From: Neoechinorhynchus agilis
Lineage: Eukaryota > Animalia > Acanthocephala
Assembly: GCA_051530055.1 (NCBI GenBank)
Contig: CM121341.1
Location: forward strand, 1,950,734-2,014,733
Direction of reading: 5' to 3'
DNA length: 64,000 nucleotides
A program made the position numbers and the translations under genes. The notes under the pieces were generated by a model that saw only the letters and a program-made list of their open reading frames with translations, ran no database searches and had not been told where the DNA came from. This document shows positions 36,871 through 49,341 of the stretch, piece after piece (within the stretch, counting starts at the first letter, position 1; the number at the start of each line of letters is the position of its first letter).

Positions 36871-38444
36871 CAATTTGAGAACCTTGCCTAAACACAAAAA
36901 TTCTTAAAGAAGAAATATTTCCATATTTTTATTATTCACAGAAGTTTTTAGTGTGTTTTCGCTCAATTCGTGCTTCAGGATTATTTCACAACCAAAATCG
37001 TTTGATCGGTAGAATTCGGAAATTCTAAAGCTAGATCAAAAAAATAGCTGAAACGCGAAAAATTCGCTTTTAGAAATGTATTCAGTAATTTTCACAATAT
37101 CTCTTAATTCCAGGAAATAAGAAAATGAAGAGGCTTTTTAATTGTTAGCTTATACAGCATCCATCCAACAAACATTGAGCTTTACACCTAAGAATCTCTA
37201 TTATCCAAATTGTAATATTTGTAAAATATTGTTGCCTGATTCAAATTAACTAATTTTGAACGTATTTTCCCTCGATATTTTTTGCATTTGATTTCAAGGC
37301 TAAAAAGAGTTTAAATTGATATTTCAAGGTTCACAATTATTACGAATTCTTTTATTGGTTCGACAATTGCATTAGAAACAAAATAATAATTTGTAAATTC
37401 TCCTATTGATGGACGCAACTAAACCTGTTTTCCCCACTCTAAATTTAAGACAAAAACCATGTTTTTCAGTGTATTATTTTTGGCATTAATTTTCTTTAAC
37501 CGATCATGATGCGCTAAATATATATATAATATTTTTATGACAAGTTTAAATTTCAATTATTATTTAAAATTACTTTTAGAATGGAGCGGATATTAGACCG
37601 AAATGTTTAAAAGTATTTTTCAAAATTCAATCGCCGCTAAAATTCGAGATGTATACAACCATTAAAAATCTAATGATGAAGTGGTATGACTGTAGGAACG
37701 TTCGAAACGATTTCAAAATCACCACTAATGATAAAATCTGGATGCATTTCGTTGCAAAAAACTGTTATTCGAACAATTCTATGATAGATGATAGATGAAG
37801 ATAAATATTTAAGTGGATAGAATTTAGTATTTGATGAACAACTTTTGTCGATTCGTGCCTGATTTAACAACTGAAGCCGTCCAAAGTACGAGACGACACA
37901 TTCCTTCTGTATATTCGTGTCCTCAATATTAAGCATTCCTATCGCCGTCTGCAGTCGTCGTTCCCGTTTCCCACAAGACACTTTAGTAAAGGAGCCCCTC
38001 TAATCTCATACAGTTGTATGTGTATTCGGATCCTGGAGATTGACATCTTGGCGCAAAATGGAACCTCCCACAACGGCAGGGGACACTACTATTACATAGA
38101 TACTTCTCAGCTGTCTATGTGAGATACGCCGGTGATATTATGGAAAACTGGCTAACTTGCTTCGATAATGTGTCAGGTCGTCCCATTTGATTATTGTTTG
38201 ATAAAAACATTTATTTGCAGTCGATTTCTGTGTCTCTCATATGCACCTGTAAAAGACAATCGCTCTCATGATCCCTTTCCGTTGGAAAAAGGTTGCTAAA
38301 TGAGTTGTTTGCTTTAAGAACAATAACTCGGATATCTATTTTAAAAACCCGGGGAAATATGCCATCGTGTTTTTTTTGAAGGTGTTCATCATTTCTAGGT
38401 TTTTGTAGATATATAGATTTTATAATTTTGTAAATGTCATGAAA

Positions 38445-38600
38445 TCATTCACACCACCGCCTTTCTGGATCACTCAGCTGCCGTCTTGGTGTAACGGCCG
38501 AAAGGACGGATGCAGCGTTCCTTCCCGTTGTACAGCCAGAGAATTGCACTTCTTTAAGATCTTAAATTCTTTATTAGCTCAAGTTTGAGCAAACAATTCG
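38445..38600 (-). mobile_element. CRE-clade 3' fragment
   Basis: The reverse complement closely matches 29760-29850 (GCTGCATCC.TCCTTTCG...CACCA.GACGGCAGCTGAGT.ATCCAGA). Confidence 0.8.
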
Positions 38601-38839
38601 TCGACGAACTTTCATAAATTTCTGTGTTTTTTTGCATATTTTGTAATCAATTAATTGGATTTTTTACATTGAACTTTCATCACGCCATTTTATTCAAATT
38701 TCTACCAATTGAGAATAAATTGACGGAAAGAGTTTGCATGTGGATTTTGCCGCTCCAAATTTCAAGTATTGTAAAAATTAAATAAGTCCACTGCAAAGTT
38801 TCTTTGTCTTTGTAATTAATCACCGCTGATTTATTCTAG

Positions 38840-41383
38840 ATTGCCGCTTATTCAGCGCCATGGAAAAGTTGCATTACAGTGCCCTTTGAACTTGTTAATG
38901 TGGATTTATTCATGTATACGCCCATTGTAAACGGCAAGGCAACATCTAGCGATGATTCCGCAAATAAGAATCCAAAGAACTCCAAACGTATGCTATGCAG
39001 GGATAGTCGTACATTATCAAATGGCTTCAAACGGTCATCTGAAGGGCTTGCTGCATTGACGAAATCTATCGAGGAATCCATCGCTGGCAAACGATCGCTC
39101 CCATACATTCGTCAACTTGATATCTCCTATCATAAAAATATATCACATATTCCCGAATGTATCTTAAGCCTTACCTCGCTTGAAATCCTCATATGTTCAT
39201 ATCTATCCTTAAAATCCATTCCTGCTGGAATCTCAAAACTTGAGAATATTATTGAACTCGTACGTTTCTTTGACCTACTTACATTGATGGCGTATAAGAT
39301 TTGCGTTTAGGATCTCAGCCATAATGTGCTGGAACAACTACCTCGTCAGATCGGTCAGCTCTCGAATCTTCGAGTTCTTAATCTTTCCCATAATCAGCTT
39401 ACTTCTCTGCCTTGCGAAATGCAAAACCTTCAAAATCTTGTTACACTCAGATGTTCATCTAACAAACTTGTCAGACTACCTTCAACGTTGCATCGAATGA
39501 AAAATCTCACATATCTTGTACTCGATCAAAATCCATTACAATTCCCACCTCTCGATGTCGTCGATCGTGGTTTACTCCATATTATGAAGTTTCTGGTTAA
39601 AAACACTGTTCAACGTGAACAGCCGCTTCAGAATTGGCTCGCAAATAACCAAGGTACTCAGAGCAGTCTTACAAAAACTGAAAAAAACGAGGAAGCTATA
39701 TCAAGTGATGAATTTTCGAGAGAACTGAATAGGCAAAAAATCGAATACGATAACAAACGAGCAAATGCTCACCAGTTGAAATTAGAAATGTTCAAACAGT
39801 ATTCTGAAAATGAAGGGGAGGTGAGTGCCACTCAAAATTCATTGAGATTCTTAAAATTGAAACAGTTCGTGCTATTCAATGACAACGATTGAAATGATTC
39901 TCAAAGTTTTTCACGGATTTCACTTAAAAATTCAAAATTAAATTTTTTATTCGTAAAGCTTACACGTTGTCATTGGAAAGACTTAAATAAAATTCTTAAA
40001 CAAAGCTCCGCATAGTCATTTGAGCTAGCTTTAGAGGCAAAAGCAGCGGGAAGCTGCGAGAAAAACTCACTCGCAACAATTAGCTATCTTCGAGCGTCGA
40101 AGGAAAGATGCAAAGGAAGCTCTGCTCTATTCAAATATACCGTTGATAATGTAAGTACTTTTTTTATTTCAATTGGCTTTAGTGTTCATTGTAAAGATAG
40201 CTCATTATTCTATATGACGGCCTTTGCAATTTTTTCTACATGTATTGTTTATGCAATCCAACAGTGTTTTACTATTGACGAAAGGCATAGACTTAAATTT
40301 TTCGATTTAAATATTTAATGCTGGACTTTAATGCAATTTTCTAATAAGAAGCAGTTTGATATAAATGTTCATCGCCATGAATCTTCGTTTAGTTTAATAA
40401 TTTCTTAAAGTTGCGAATATTGGGCTATTAAATAGGAAACCTCACATTATATCAACATTTTTTGTATATGAAAAGTAGTTAATAATTTTATATTTTAAAG
40501 ACCTTGGACCAATCCGGAATCAGGAAGTGCACGACCCGAGCGTTATAAAATAGAGACGCACTTTGCAAATAGACGTTCAAAAGAAGCTAAGCATAATCAC
40601 AGTGCTAGGTCTTCGTCTGCTCATTTAAAATCCGATCGATCGCAATCGAAGGTGAGTAAGAATATTTTTAATGGCTCATACAATTCGTCCTTGTAGTCTC
40701 GTTATAACACAAATGCGGCTGATTCTTCATTTACAATGCGTCGTCATATATTGCAAGTTCAAGAAGATGTTCGACTGCTCAATAAGCTTAAAATGGTTAG
40801 AAAGTCATATTGTATCCTCTATTAAAGCAACTAATTTGCTAGACTTTAGAGTCCCTGTTGGATTTCAAGGTTTCATTAGAAGATTTGCCGAAATCACTAT
40901 CTGATGGAGTTTTACTTTGTCAGCTAATAAACCGGCTTCATCCAAGGATTGTACCAACGATACATGTACAATCAGAAGCTATGGTATGTATTAATTTTGT
41001 ATTTTTCTTCAAATAAGCACGATCCGGCTGAAATAGACTTTAGAGTGGGTTCCTTTATCTTATACCCACTGAAACCCTTTAATGATCTCCATAGAGTTTC
41101 CTATGGCTTTAACAAATTCAGTTTATTTTAAGAACTCGTCGCTTTTAGTCTTTAATATTTTGATAATTTACAGCCTAGTATATCAATGGCCAAACGGATT
41201 CGCAACGTTGAGTATTTCTTAGAAGGATGTCGAAAGCTCGGAGCGACGGCACAACCTCAATCTAACAATATTGCTGACAGCTTAGGATGTTCAAGTCAAG
41301 ACATAATAGAAGCAAAACGGACACCTAAACTTGCAAGGCTTGTGGTTGACCTAATAAATCGATCGAATGCTAAGTGTCTGTAA
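38840..41383 (+). CDS. LRCH: LRCH: leucine-rich repeat and calponin-homology domain protein, multi-exon
   Basis: LRRs 'LDLSHNVLEQLP..IGQLSNLRVLNLSHNQL'; CH domain 'SLSDGVLLCQLINRLHPRIVPTIHV/MAKRIRNVEYFLEGCRKLG'. Canonical introns, e.g. 39260-39310 (51 nt). The 5' start is uncertain. Confidence 0.88.
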
Positions 41384-41460
41384 ACTAAAGATTGAAATAA
41401 AGCTGTTACTATGGATAAGCTACATTGAACGCACTTATCTTGATTAAGTTGTAGTTTAAA

Positions 41461-41985
41461 ATGAGTTTTAGTGTCGATTATATTGATGGTCAAAATCAAT
41501 TGATTAACGAATTACGCTCCAGAGGTGCGTTATCTTTGTCAAATGATTGGTTATCGGAGATAATTTGTAGGTTTATACATTGATGGTTGGAAAATTCAAG
41601 GACTAGGACAAATACGAATTGTTAAAGTCAATGGGAAAGTAGGCGTTGACGCTTTTACGAACATTTTGGCCACTTGTATGGTAAAAAAGGATAATCGATG
41701 GTATATTGGGAATTATCGCTTTACTACGGGACTTCAAATGTTGGAAAAATATATACATGCTGGAGATCGTATTTTGTTCTATAATTCAGAACCCGTTCGT
41801 AGCGATTTCGAGTTATTAGATTTAAAATGTGAGGTGAATGATGGGGATAATCTTGAGATCTGGCTTGCATTTGACTTTGGTATTTAGGGTTTAATTTTTT
41901 TTAATAATCTCCTTATCATTACATAGGTAAAGCAATAGAAATCACGGATGAAGCAAAGCGAATCTTGATTGATCTGAATTTTTAA
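41461..41985 (+). CDS. Three-exon gene for an unidentified ~143-aa protein
   Basis: ATG 41461; GT-AG introns 41525-41570 (46 nt) and 41880-41926 (47 nt) give a continuous frame to TAA at 41985. Confidence 0.75.
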
Positions 41986-42684
41986 CTTCGAAAACAGTAA
42001 TTTCGGGATTTTTGTTAAATTACTTTCGAAATTTTTTCAGCTGCTCCGATTTTGCGGATAATAAGATTAATTAATTCCATCCGATCCATCGATTTCTAAG
42101 TAGAAAAAACATTTCTGATTCCCATTACGTTGGCTAAAATATTATCACCGGAAAAGGTCTTATTGCACTTTATTTCTTTGGCTTTGATCCAAACTAAATG
42201 TGAATGCTGCATCAAAATTTATTAGATTTTCTTGCGAAATTCCAGCTTTTAGATATCAGATCAGTCAATAGTAAAACTGAGACTGATAAACGTGCTGATA
42301 ACATTGGGGATTGGTTACCATCCTTTCTATTTTCGATATATCAACACCGTGAAAATTTATTGAAATTACAGGATTTTGTCCCTTCGATTGATAGATTTCA
42401 AAGACGTTGGAATTTGGATATGTCAAGTTCCAACTTTTATAAATTATCTAGACTTGGAGAAATTATACTGAATGCAAAGGTCAAATAAATTTGCTAACAA
42501 TGGCAATTCTTCATTTTGTTTGTAATTTAAAGGTTACTATTAAAGATGAGCATATGCGTGAAATCATAAATCCAATCGAGCTTACATGGTAAGCGCATTA
42601 TCGAATAGTTTTTTTATTCAAATTTAAAAGTAGTATATACAAATTGAAAAAAAATATGTCCTTTTTAGTAAGTGATATAATTTA

Positions 42685-42730
42685 CTACCAGGACGGCAGT
42701 TGAGTGATCCAGAGCGGTGGCGTGAATATT
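42685..42730 (+). mobile_element. CRE-clade extreme 3' end remnant
   Basis: CCAGGACGGCAGTTGAGTGATCCAGAGCGGTG nearly matches 29812-29843. Confidence 0.7.
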
Positions 42731-43757
42731 CGTAAATGCCTACAAAAGTGGTTTGAGTTAATTCAATAAAATATTTCCATCTAAAACATTCAAATGTAGA
42801 CATTTTTAAAATTGGATTTTTCAATTAAAATACAACACAATTATGAAAGATTTTGCGAATTTGTCATAATTCTAATTTCACCTACATTTTGTAAGCCGAT
42901 TAAACCCGAGTTCGTCTCGATTTCTAAAAGGTTAACAACATCAGCAAGAAGTATTTGTTACATTTGTTGTGGACGAAACAGCCAAATTATTGGTAAGGAC
43001 ATTCAAAGTGGTTGCTATTTTCTCGAAGTGGGTTAACATATTTATATTGCTGACCTGTTCACATTTTTCCAAAAAGGTTGATTCATTTTTGGACAATGTA
43101 ATAGACACCATTGATGTTGCGAAAATCCAATCAACGATTAAAAGACGCTTTCTAAGCGGTTTTAGTAATGCTAAGAAATTGAAAAGAACATTGAAGTACA
43201 AGAGTGAGGATTTTTGTGAGTTTTGTGATTTAAAATCCCTAAATGTGGATATTTCTCCTTTAAGTGTCAAATATTTGGTTACTTGTTCCTAATGAAGGAG
43301 GATTGGACTTTGATCGAAAATTAAAGATGCCCAATGATATATTCGATTGTTGTAAATTTAATCTATGAATATGATTGTCTTTATTAATTTATATTCAAAT
43401 CATAAAATCACTGGACATGCTTTTGTTCCACTATAATCAGCACTCCTGAAAAATCGAAACTACACTATGGACCAGGCAAAATTTTAAATGACCGGACATA
43501 TAAAAAATGTTCAACCTTGTATTTTTGCTTCCTGAATAAAAGGTAATGAGAAAATAAAACATAGATTGTGAAATGTTAACCATTGTTGTTCTAGTTATTC
43601 GTGAGACGCGTCTTTTAAAACCTAGTCAAAAAAGATGTAAATTATCTTAAATTCGAATTGCTGTAAATTGGCATTTTACGTTTGTCCTCATATAAAAATT
43701 TCACTCATTCGCGCTGCCAAATGATTTATAGGTCACATAAAACTCATCTTGGACGCT

Positions 43758-44426
43758 TTATAGAATTCTGCAATCGGCGCATTTATTTTTCTTTTTGTTT
43801 TTCGTTTCATTTATTGAAACACCTTGCTGTCCTGGAGATGCTACTGCAGTACCCATTCTTGGCGCATTTTGATCGGCACCCCGTGTAAGTCCCACATTAC
43901 GCCCATGGCCTCCTTCAATGCGTTCCACTTCAGACACAAGTTCAATAAATACATTTTGAACATTTTGATTCGTCTTAGCTGAGGTCTCAAGGAATGGGCA
44001 TCCCCAACTTGCAGCCATACTTTCTCCACGTTCTCGGCTTATTACTCTTTCCGTTGTATCCAAGTCACATTTGTTCCCAACCAGCACAACCGGAACGTCA
44101 GCCGTTTGCTTTACCTGAAGCATTTGATCATGAAGTGTTATTAGCTCATTAAATGACATATCAGAAGTTATTGAATATACAAAAACGAATCCTTGGCCAG
44201 TCTTCATGTATAGCTCACGCATCGCTGCAAACCCTTCTGTTCCAGCCGTGTCCAGAATTTCAATGTCGTATTTCTTCTTATGAGGCCCAATCTCTATAGT
44301 GGTCTTGTAGGTATCCTCGAGTGTCGGGTCGTATCTTTCTATAAAAACTCCAGTAACAAATCGATTGGTAATTGCTGATTTTCCCACACCAGCACCACCC
44401 ATGACTACGAACTTCATCTCCGTCAT
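43758..44426 (-). CDS. RAP1: Rap1-like small GTPase, intronless, divergent
   Basis: 'GGAGVGKS', 'YDPTLED', 'DTAGTE' (Thr61, Rap-type), 'NKCD', 'ETSAK', and CAAX 'CRIL' after a polybasic stretch. Confidence 0.85.
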   Translation of the reverse strand: MTEMKFVVMGGAGVGKSAITNRFVTGVFIERYDPTLEDTYKTTIEIGPHKKKYDIEILDTAGTEGFAAMRELYMKTGQGFVFVYSITSDMSFNELITLHDQMLQVKQTADVPVVLVGNKCDLDTTERVISRERGESMAASWGCPFLETSAKTNQNVQNVFIELVSEVERIEGGHGRNVGLTRGADQNAPRMGTAVASPGQQGVSINETKNKKKNKCADCRIL

Positions 44427-46010
44427 GTCTATAAATCAGAGTAGAACACGAAGTGGTGAAAAAAGGATGAACAGTTTCTCAGTTTCACACACGTACCAAA
44501 GCCGTTCGAAACAAAAATGGCGATAGTTGACAAGTAGACGGAGACGACTTGAAGTTTTTGGTCCGCAACGAGCTCGCTATCTTGACTTTTAAGACGACTA
44601 CGAACAAATGTACTCAAAAAATGTTACATTTGCGCAATGATCTTTTGATTTTTAGTGATGAACTTAGCTCAATTTTTAAAAAAAAGTTGTTCATGGATAT
44701 ATTTTGTTTGGTGATTCGAAACATAGAGATTAATTTCCTCGGACTTCTTCAGGTCCAAACGAGGCGGACGAAATATTGTGAAGGGGAATCAATAAATTAA
44801 AATTTAAATGTGCTAGCTAATCAACAAAAACACCTTTGAGCCTCAAAGCGAACTTACTTCGTAACACCGGGTAAAAATCAATGTCTGAGAGTGCCAAGAA
44901 CGCGAGTATGCGAAATTTTAATAAGATGCTGAAAGGTTCGCAAACATAATACGTCGCCAAAATCTAAAATTTAGTTTTGCAGATTGTTCTTTTACCGTGT
45001 TTTATGAAAGCCATAAATATTTTGCGTTTAAAAACTTAAAGGAAATCGCGAAGCGTACATTTACATCGCAAAAAGCATGTAATTTAATTAATAAACAAGA
45101 ACTAAATTTAGTTTGAGGGTAGAAAATTATAAAAGTTGCACATCGAGCTTTCCCTAACTCTTAGCGTTTGTATCAAATGCTTTAACATAAGGAATATCTG
45201 ATTAGTTTTTAAATGCTCGAGGCTCGAAATTTTCTTATATCGGATCCCTCAATCACGTTAAAGATGAATGTATATTTCGACTGACTATATCAGTCATTTT
45301 ATCAATTCTGTTTAAAAATAGTGGCAGGTATTGTTCACAAATACACGGTATGATTAATTGTTTTTATCTTAGACTGATAAAATCCGTCGAAATGTACAAT
45401 CTTCCTTAATAATCCCTGCCAAATGCTGACAAGCGACTCGAATGCAATCCTCAATAAAATTATTTTGTATAGAAAATTACACGACGCAAAGTCGATTTCA
45501 TCCAATTTCGAATTATTAACTAATATCTTTAAAGTTAATACGAACGGAATATTTTAAAAAGTAGCTATTTTCATTGGATAAGCCCTAAACTTACTTGCCT
45601 GCTCTCATTTTGATTTCTTTAGCATAATCAAGGCACCGATGGATGCATCTTTTCAAAAAAAAAGAAAAACATCACTGCAAAATTTCAAAATCTATGGAAA
45701 GATTCTTTATTCGCAACTATAAATAAATAGAACCTTGAAATATAGTATTTATATCGAACTCTTCCACGAAACAAATTCATAACTTATCTCCTTACACCTT
45801 GCAATTCTAAAATCAGCCAGTTTTTAGATGCTACAAATTATAACTATCAAAAATGCGTCGATTTGGTGTCGACGAAGCAAACGTGTGAACTTAGACTGTT
45901 TAATAATCTTGACACTCAATCATCGTGAGTAAAGACCTTGCGGGACACAAAACATGGAACAAGCAAACACTTACATGGTTTAGTTTTGCTCGGAAATAAG
46001 CGAAACCGAA

Positions 46011-47707
46011 ATGGATCCTGTGGCTATGTCCAGGATTTGTAAGAAGATGATTGATTTAGTATCCCAGTATTGGCAGCTACTTCAAAGCGAAAAAAGTTAT
46101 TCATGTTTTCACAAGCAATTCAGTATGTCTATTGTTACAGAAATTCCCGAGCAACCTTCCCGAAACCCTGTTTCTGAGGATGAACTTATTAACCAAATAA
46201 AGCTCCTAATAATGCCGCAATTACACCATTGGCAGAGTCCTCTTTATTTTGCCTACTTTCCTGCGAATACGTCTTATGCAAGTATGGCAGCTGAAATTTT
46301 GGTTTCGGCAATCGGCGGAGTGTCGTTTGGGTGGGCATCAAACCCGGCGTTTGTTGATTTGGAGGAGAAAATGATCGCCTGGCTCGCTTATTCGATTGGA
46401 TTGCCTTCGATTTTTACGGAAGGAAAAGGTGGAGGTGCTTTACATTTGGCAGCATCTGAAAGCACTTTGCTTTCATTTGTCCTGGCCAAAAAGCGGTTGA
46501 GTAAAAAGCGACCACTACTTAGTCGAATTAATAGATTCGTTGCATATACATCGGAACTGGCTCATTGTTCCGTTGAAAAGACGTCCGTTATGTTGGACAT
46601 CGATTTAGTGATGGTAAAAGTTGATTCTCAGTTCAGGATGACCGGACCAGAGTTGGAAAAAGAAGTACAAAAGAGTAGAAGATATGGGAAACTACCGCTG
46701 ATCGTGGTGGCCACTCTTGGAACCACAAGTCTTTGTTCCCTTGACGATTTGGAATCTATAGGAATAATATGTAATAGATATGGTATATGGTTTCATGTGG
46801 ACGCGGCTTATGCAGGATGCGCTCTTATTTGTCCTGAATTCAGGAAGATTGCCAGAGGAATTGAACTAGCAGATTCGTTTTCGTTCAATCTTCATAAGCG
46901 ACAAAATGAGGTAGAGAAAATAACGCTGTGTTCAGATCCTTAATGTCAAGTTTGGAACGAAAGTCGAAGTAAAAAAACGCCCGAGAAAATTTCCTGATTT
47001 GCTTAGCAGAAAAGTAGTAAGTAAAGGAGCTTTAGTGCACATTTTAATAGCGCCCAATCTTTTGAAAGCAAGCTAACAAAATAGAAATGGCTTTCTCGCC
47101 TACTTGAAACCTCATTTCTCGCCACAAATGGCTACTAACGTCAGGGAATTGTACGGCATTTTATATGTCCAATAGAAAAGAACTAGAGAACGTTACACTT
47201 CATCAAACCCCTTCGTATCTCGAAAGAGACCGATTTGACGATTTAAGCGCCTCACGGAGAGATTGGTACATTTTCTTCGGCCGGAGATTCAGAGCATTGC
47301 CCGTCTACTTCCTCTTTCAACTAATCGGACTAACCTAGCGATTTTTTCGGAAATACTTAGAAAATATTGTTAGAGTAGAAGATATGAGGAAACATATTCG
47401 TTCTCAAGTGCGATTGGCAAAATATTTTCAATCAAAAATCCTAAAAGCATTAACGGTTTACGAACTTGTTACTGCTTCCAAGCTCGGCTTAGTATGTTTC
47501 CGTTTGAGAAATACAAACGATCGAAACAGACAAATGGTGGATATCGTCAATGAACGGGGCGTTATTTTTATCCGCGGAGCAACAGTTCATGATATATTTT
47601 TTCTACGCCTCGCGATTTCATCGCCCTTTACAACCGCGGATCATATCGATATTGCGTGGAATGAGATTGAACATGCAAGAAAAATGTTACCCGAAGTCAA
47701 AAATTAA
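46011..47707 (+). CDS. Group II PLP-dependent aromatic L-amino-acid decarboxylase (DDC/TDC/HDC family), three coding blocks (approx. 46011-46897, 47128-47328, 47374-47707)
   Basis: 'HWQSP.YFAYFP', 'AHCSVEK', 'ATLGTTS', 'WFHVDAAYAG', 'FNLHK|WLL', 'SYL', 'GRRFRAL', 'GLVCFRL'. Both junctions lack in-register GT-AG ends. Confidence 0.9.
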
Positions 47708-48828
47708 GTTGATGAGAGTATCAAATATATTTTTCAATGTGGTTCAGTTGAGGATTTTAGTCTTAGCATCGAATTAGATTAAAAATAGTCGATTTAATTA
47801 AAAGCGCAGTAATGTTTTTAAGTTTACAAATACGGTTAAAATGTAAATTGGGTTCTTCAGAATTTAAATGGCTGCTTACTTAAAAGAAGCTCTTGGAAAG
47901 TTTAATCATAAATAATGAGGATTATGTTGTTGTTTTTGAATTGTGGTCATGATAATTTCGGTTAAAAGATAATTTATTGCTAAGATATCTCTTAACGGGA
48001 ATTATCATCACCGCAATTCAAAAATTACCATCCTGAAGGGTTTTATCGATAGGATTAACGACAATAATGATATTTTTTTATTGGACATTTTAATTATCTA
48101 GATTGTCGGTGAAATTCGAAGCGACACTAAAACGTTTTCGGAGGTTTTTCACAACAAGTCACCGGTTACTGATGTTCCCTGTAAATCGAATATTTGGCCT
48201 TAAATTTCGTTTATTAAACACGATACTCACATTTCGTTTATAATGTTTATCTGGCTTAGTTTCAGCATCGAAAATAAAAAATGCTGACTTTAATAGTAAT
48301 TTTGATTATAGATTGAAGATATTTTTCAAAGTGTGTTTAAAAAAGATCTTGGGAGCTAAACCATCGACGCAAAAATCTTAAATTCGACTGAATAGGCGAC
48401 TAATCTTTAAGACCAACAATCAGGAATCAAAGAAATGTTGGCGATTTTCGAAGATAAGTTCGATGAGTCACAACGACAATAAGTTCTTCTCTTTTCGAAT
48501 GAAAAAGTTCTTTAAATGTCCTAAATACCAACCTATTTACCATTGTACGTCTTGATTTGCGGAAACCCCCACCGAGTAGCGTTTTCACTTTGTGTAAAAA
48601 GTAGATTTAAACACATTCTCTTTCGAAAGTGAATCACGTAGGCTCATTTTTATTTCTCGCCTTTCTTGACGAAACATCTTGCTCACGTTGCACCCCGAAC
48701 TCACTGAAAAATAGACTAGGCAAGCGGGTCGAAGTTACGGTGGGCGTAAAGTGCATATTCGTTTTCAAAAGCCACAGTGACTTGGGTGATCCCAGAACCA
48801 AACTTGATTATCAACTTGAAGACGACAA

Positions 48829-49341
48829 ATGACATTTAAAATCGATCAATGCGTAAAAGAGTTTCGTTCGGCTTGTTTAACAATCGAACACATCGCCCAT
48901 GGCACCGATGAAATTTACTCTGAGCTGAGACAAAATCGGCTGCTTTCTGAAAGTAATTTTCTTTTATTTCTTGAAATATTAAAGCAGATAATTCTAATAG
49001 GTAATCTCAAAGAGATTGAACTGCTAGAGCGGCATTGGAAAATGATTAGAAAGATATCGGAGCGACCAGTTATTATATTCGTCTACGGTCAAAGTGATGA
49101 GGAAAAATTAAGAGTTTTGAAAGAGGTTCTAGAAGTCGATCTACAGATAAATTTAAATGCAATCAGAAGCAACAACACAAAAGCTAAATTCGTTCAGGTG
49201 AACCATCTTGCGGACAATGATGATACAAAGGTTAGAATTCGGGAATTATGCATTTCAAATGGCATTTTAGTGCCTTTTTTAAATCTAAGACGTTCCTCAG
49301 AGCGCGGTAAATGTCATTATTTCAAATTTATGGCATTTTAA
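48829..49341 (+). CDS. 170-aa ORF of unknown function; the N-terminal part loosely resembles a death-effector-like helical domain and the C-terminus runs into a tandem array
   Basis: Long ATG-initiated ORF in AT-rich DNA. 'IYSELRQNRLLSESNFLLFLEIL' is only a weak resemblance to a DED. Confidence 0.45.
   Translation: MTFKIDQCVKEFRSACLTIEHIAHGTDEIYSELRQNRLLSESNFLLFLEILKQIILIGNLKEIELLERHWKMIRKISERPVIIFVYGQSDEEKLRVLKEVLEVDLQINLNAIRSNNTKAKFVQVNHLADNDDTKVRIRELCISNGILVPFLNLRRSSERGKCHYFKFMAF

Noticed and set aside
42204-43292. ORFs 42204, 42812, 42941 and 42969
   Set aside because: Short, AT-rich, no recognisable motif or consistent splice pattern.
15164-47338. Alternative genetic code (TAA/TAG reassigned) to explain in-frame stops in the 45- and 51-nt inserts
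   Set aside because: Complete genes here end in TAA or TAG, and reading through would put 15-17 extra residues inside conserved motifs.
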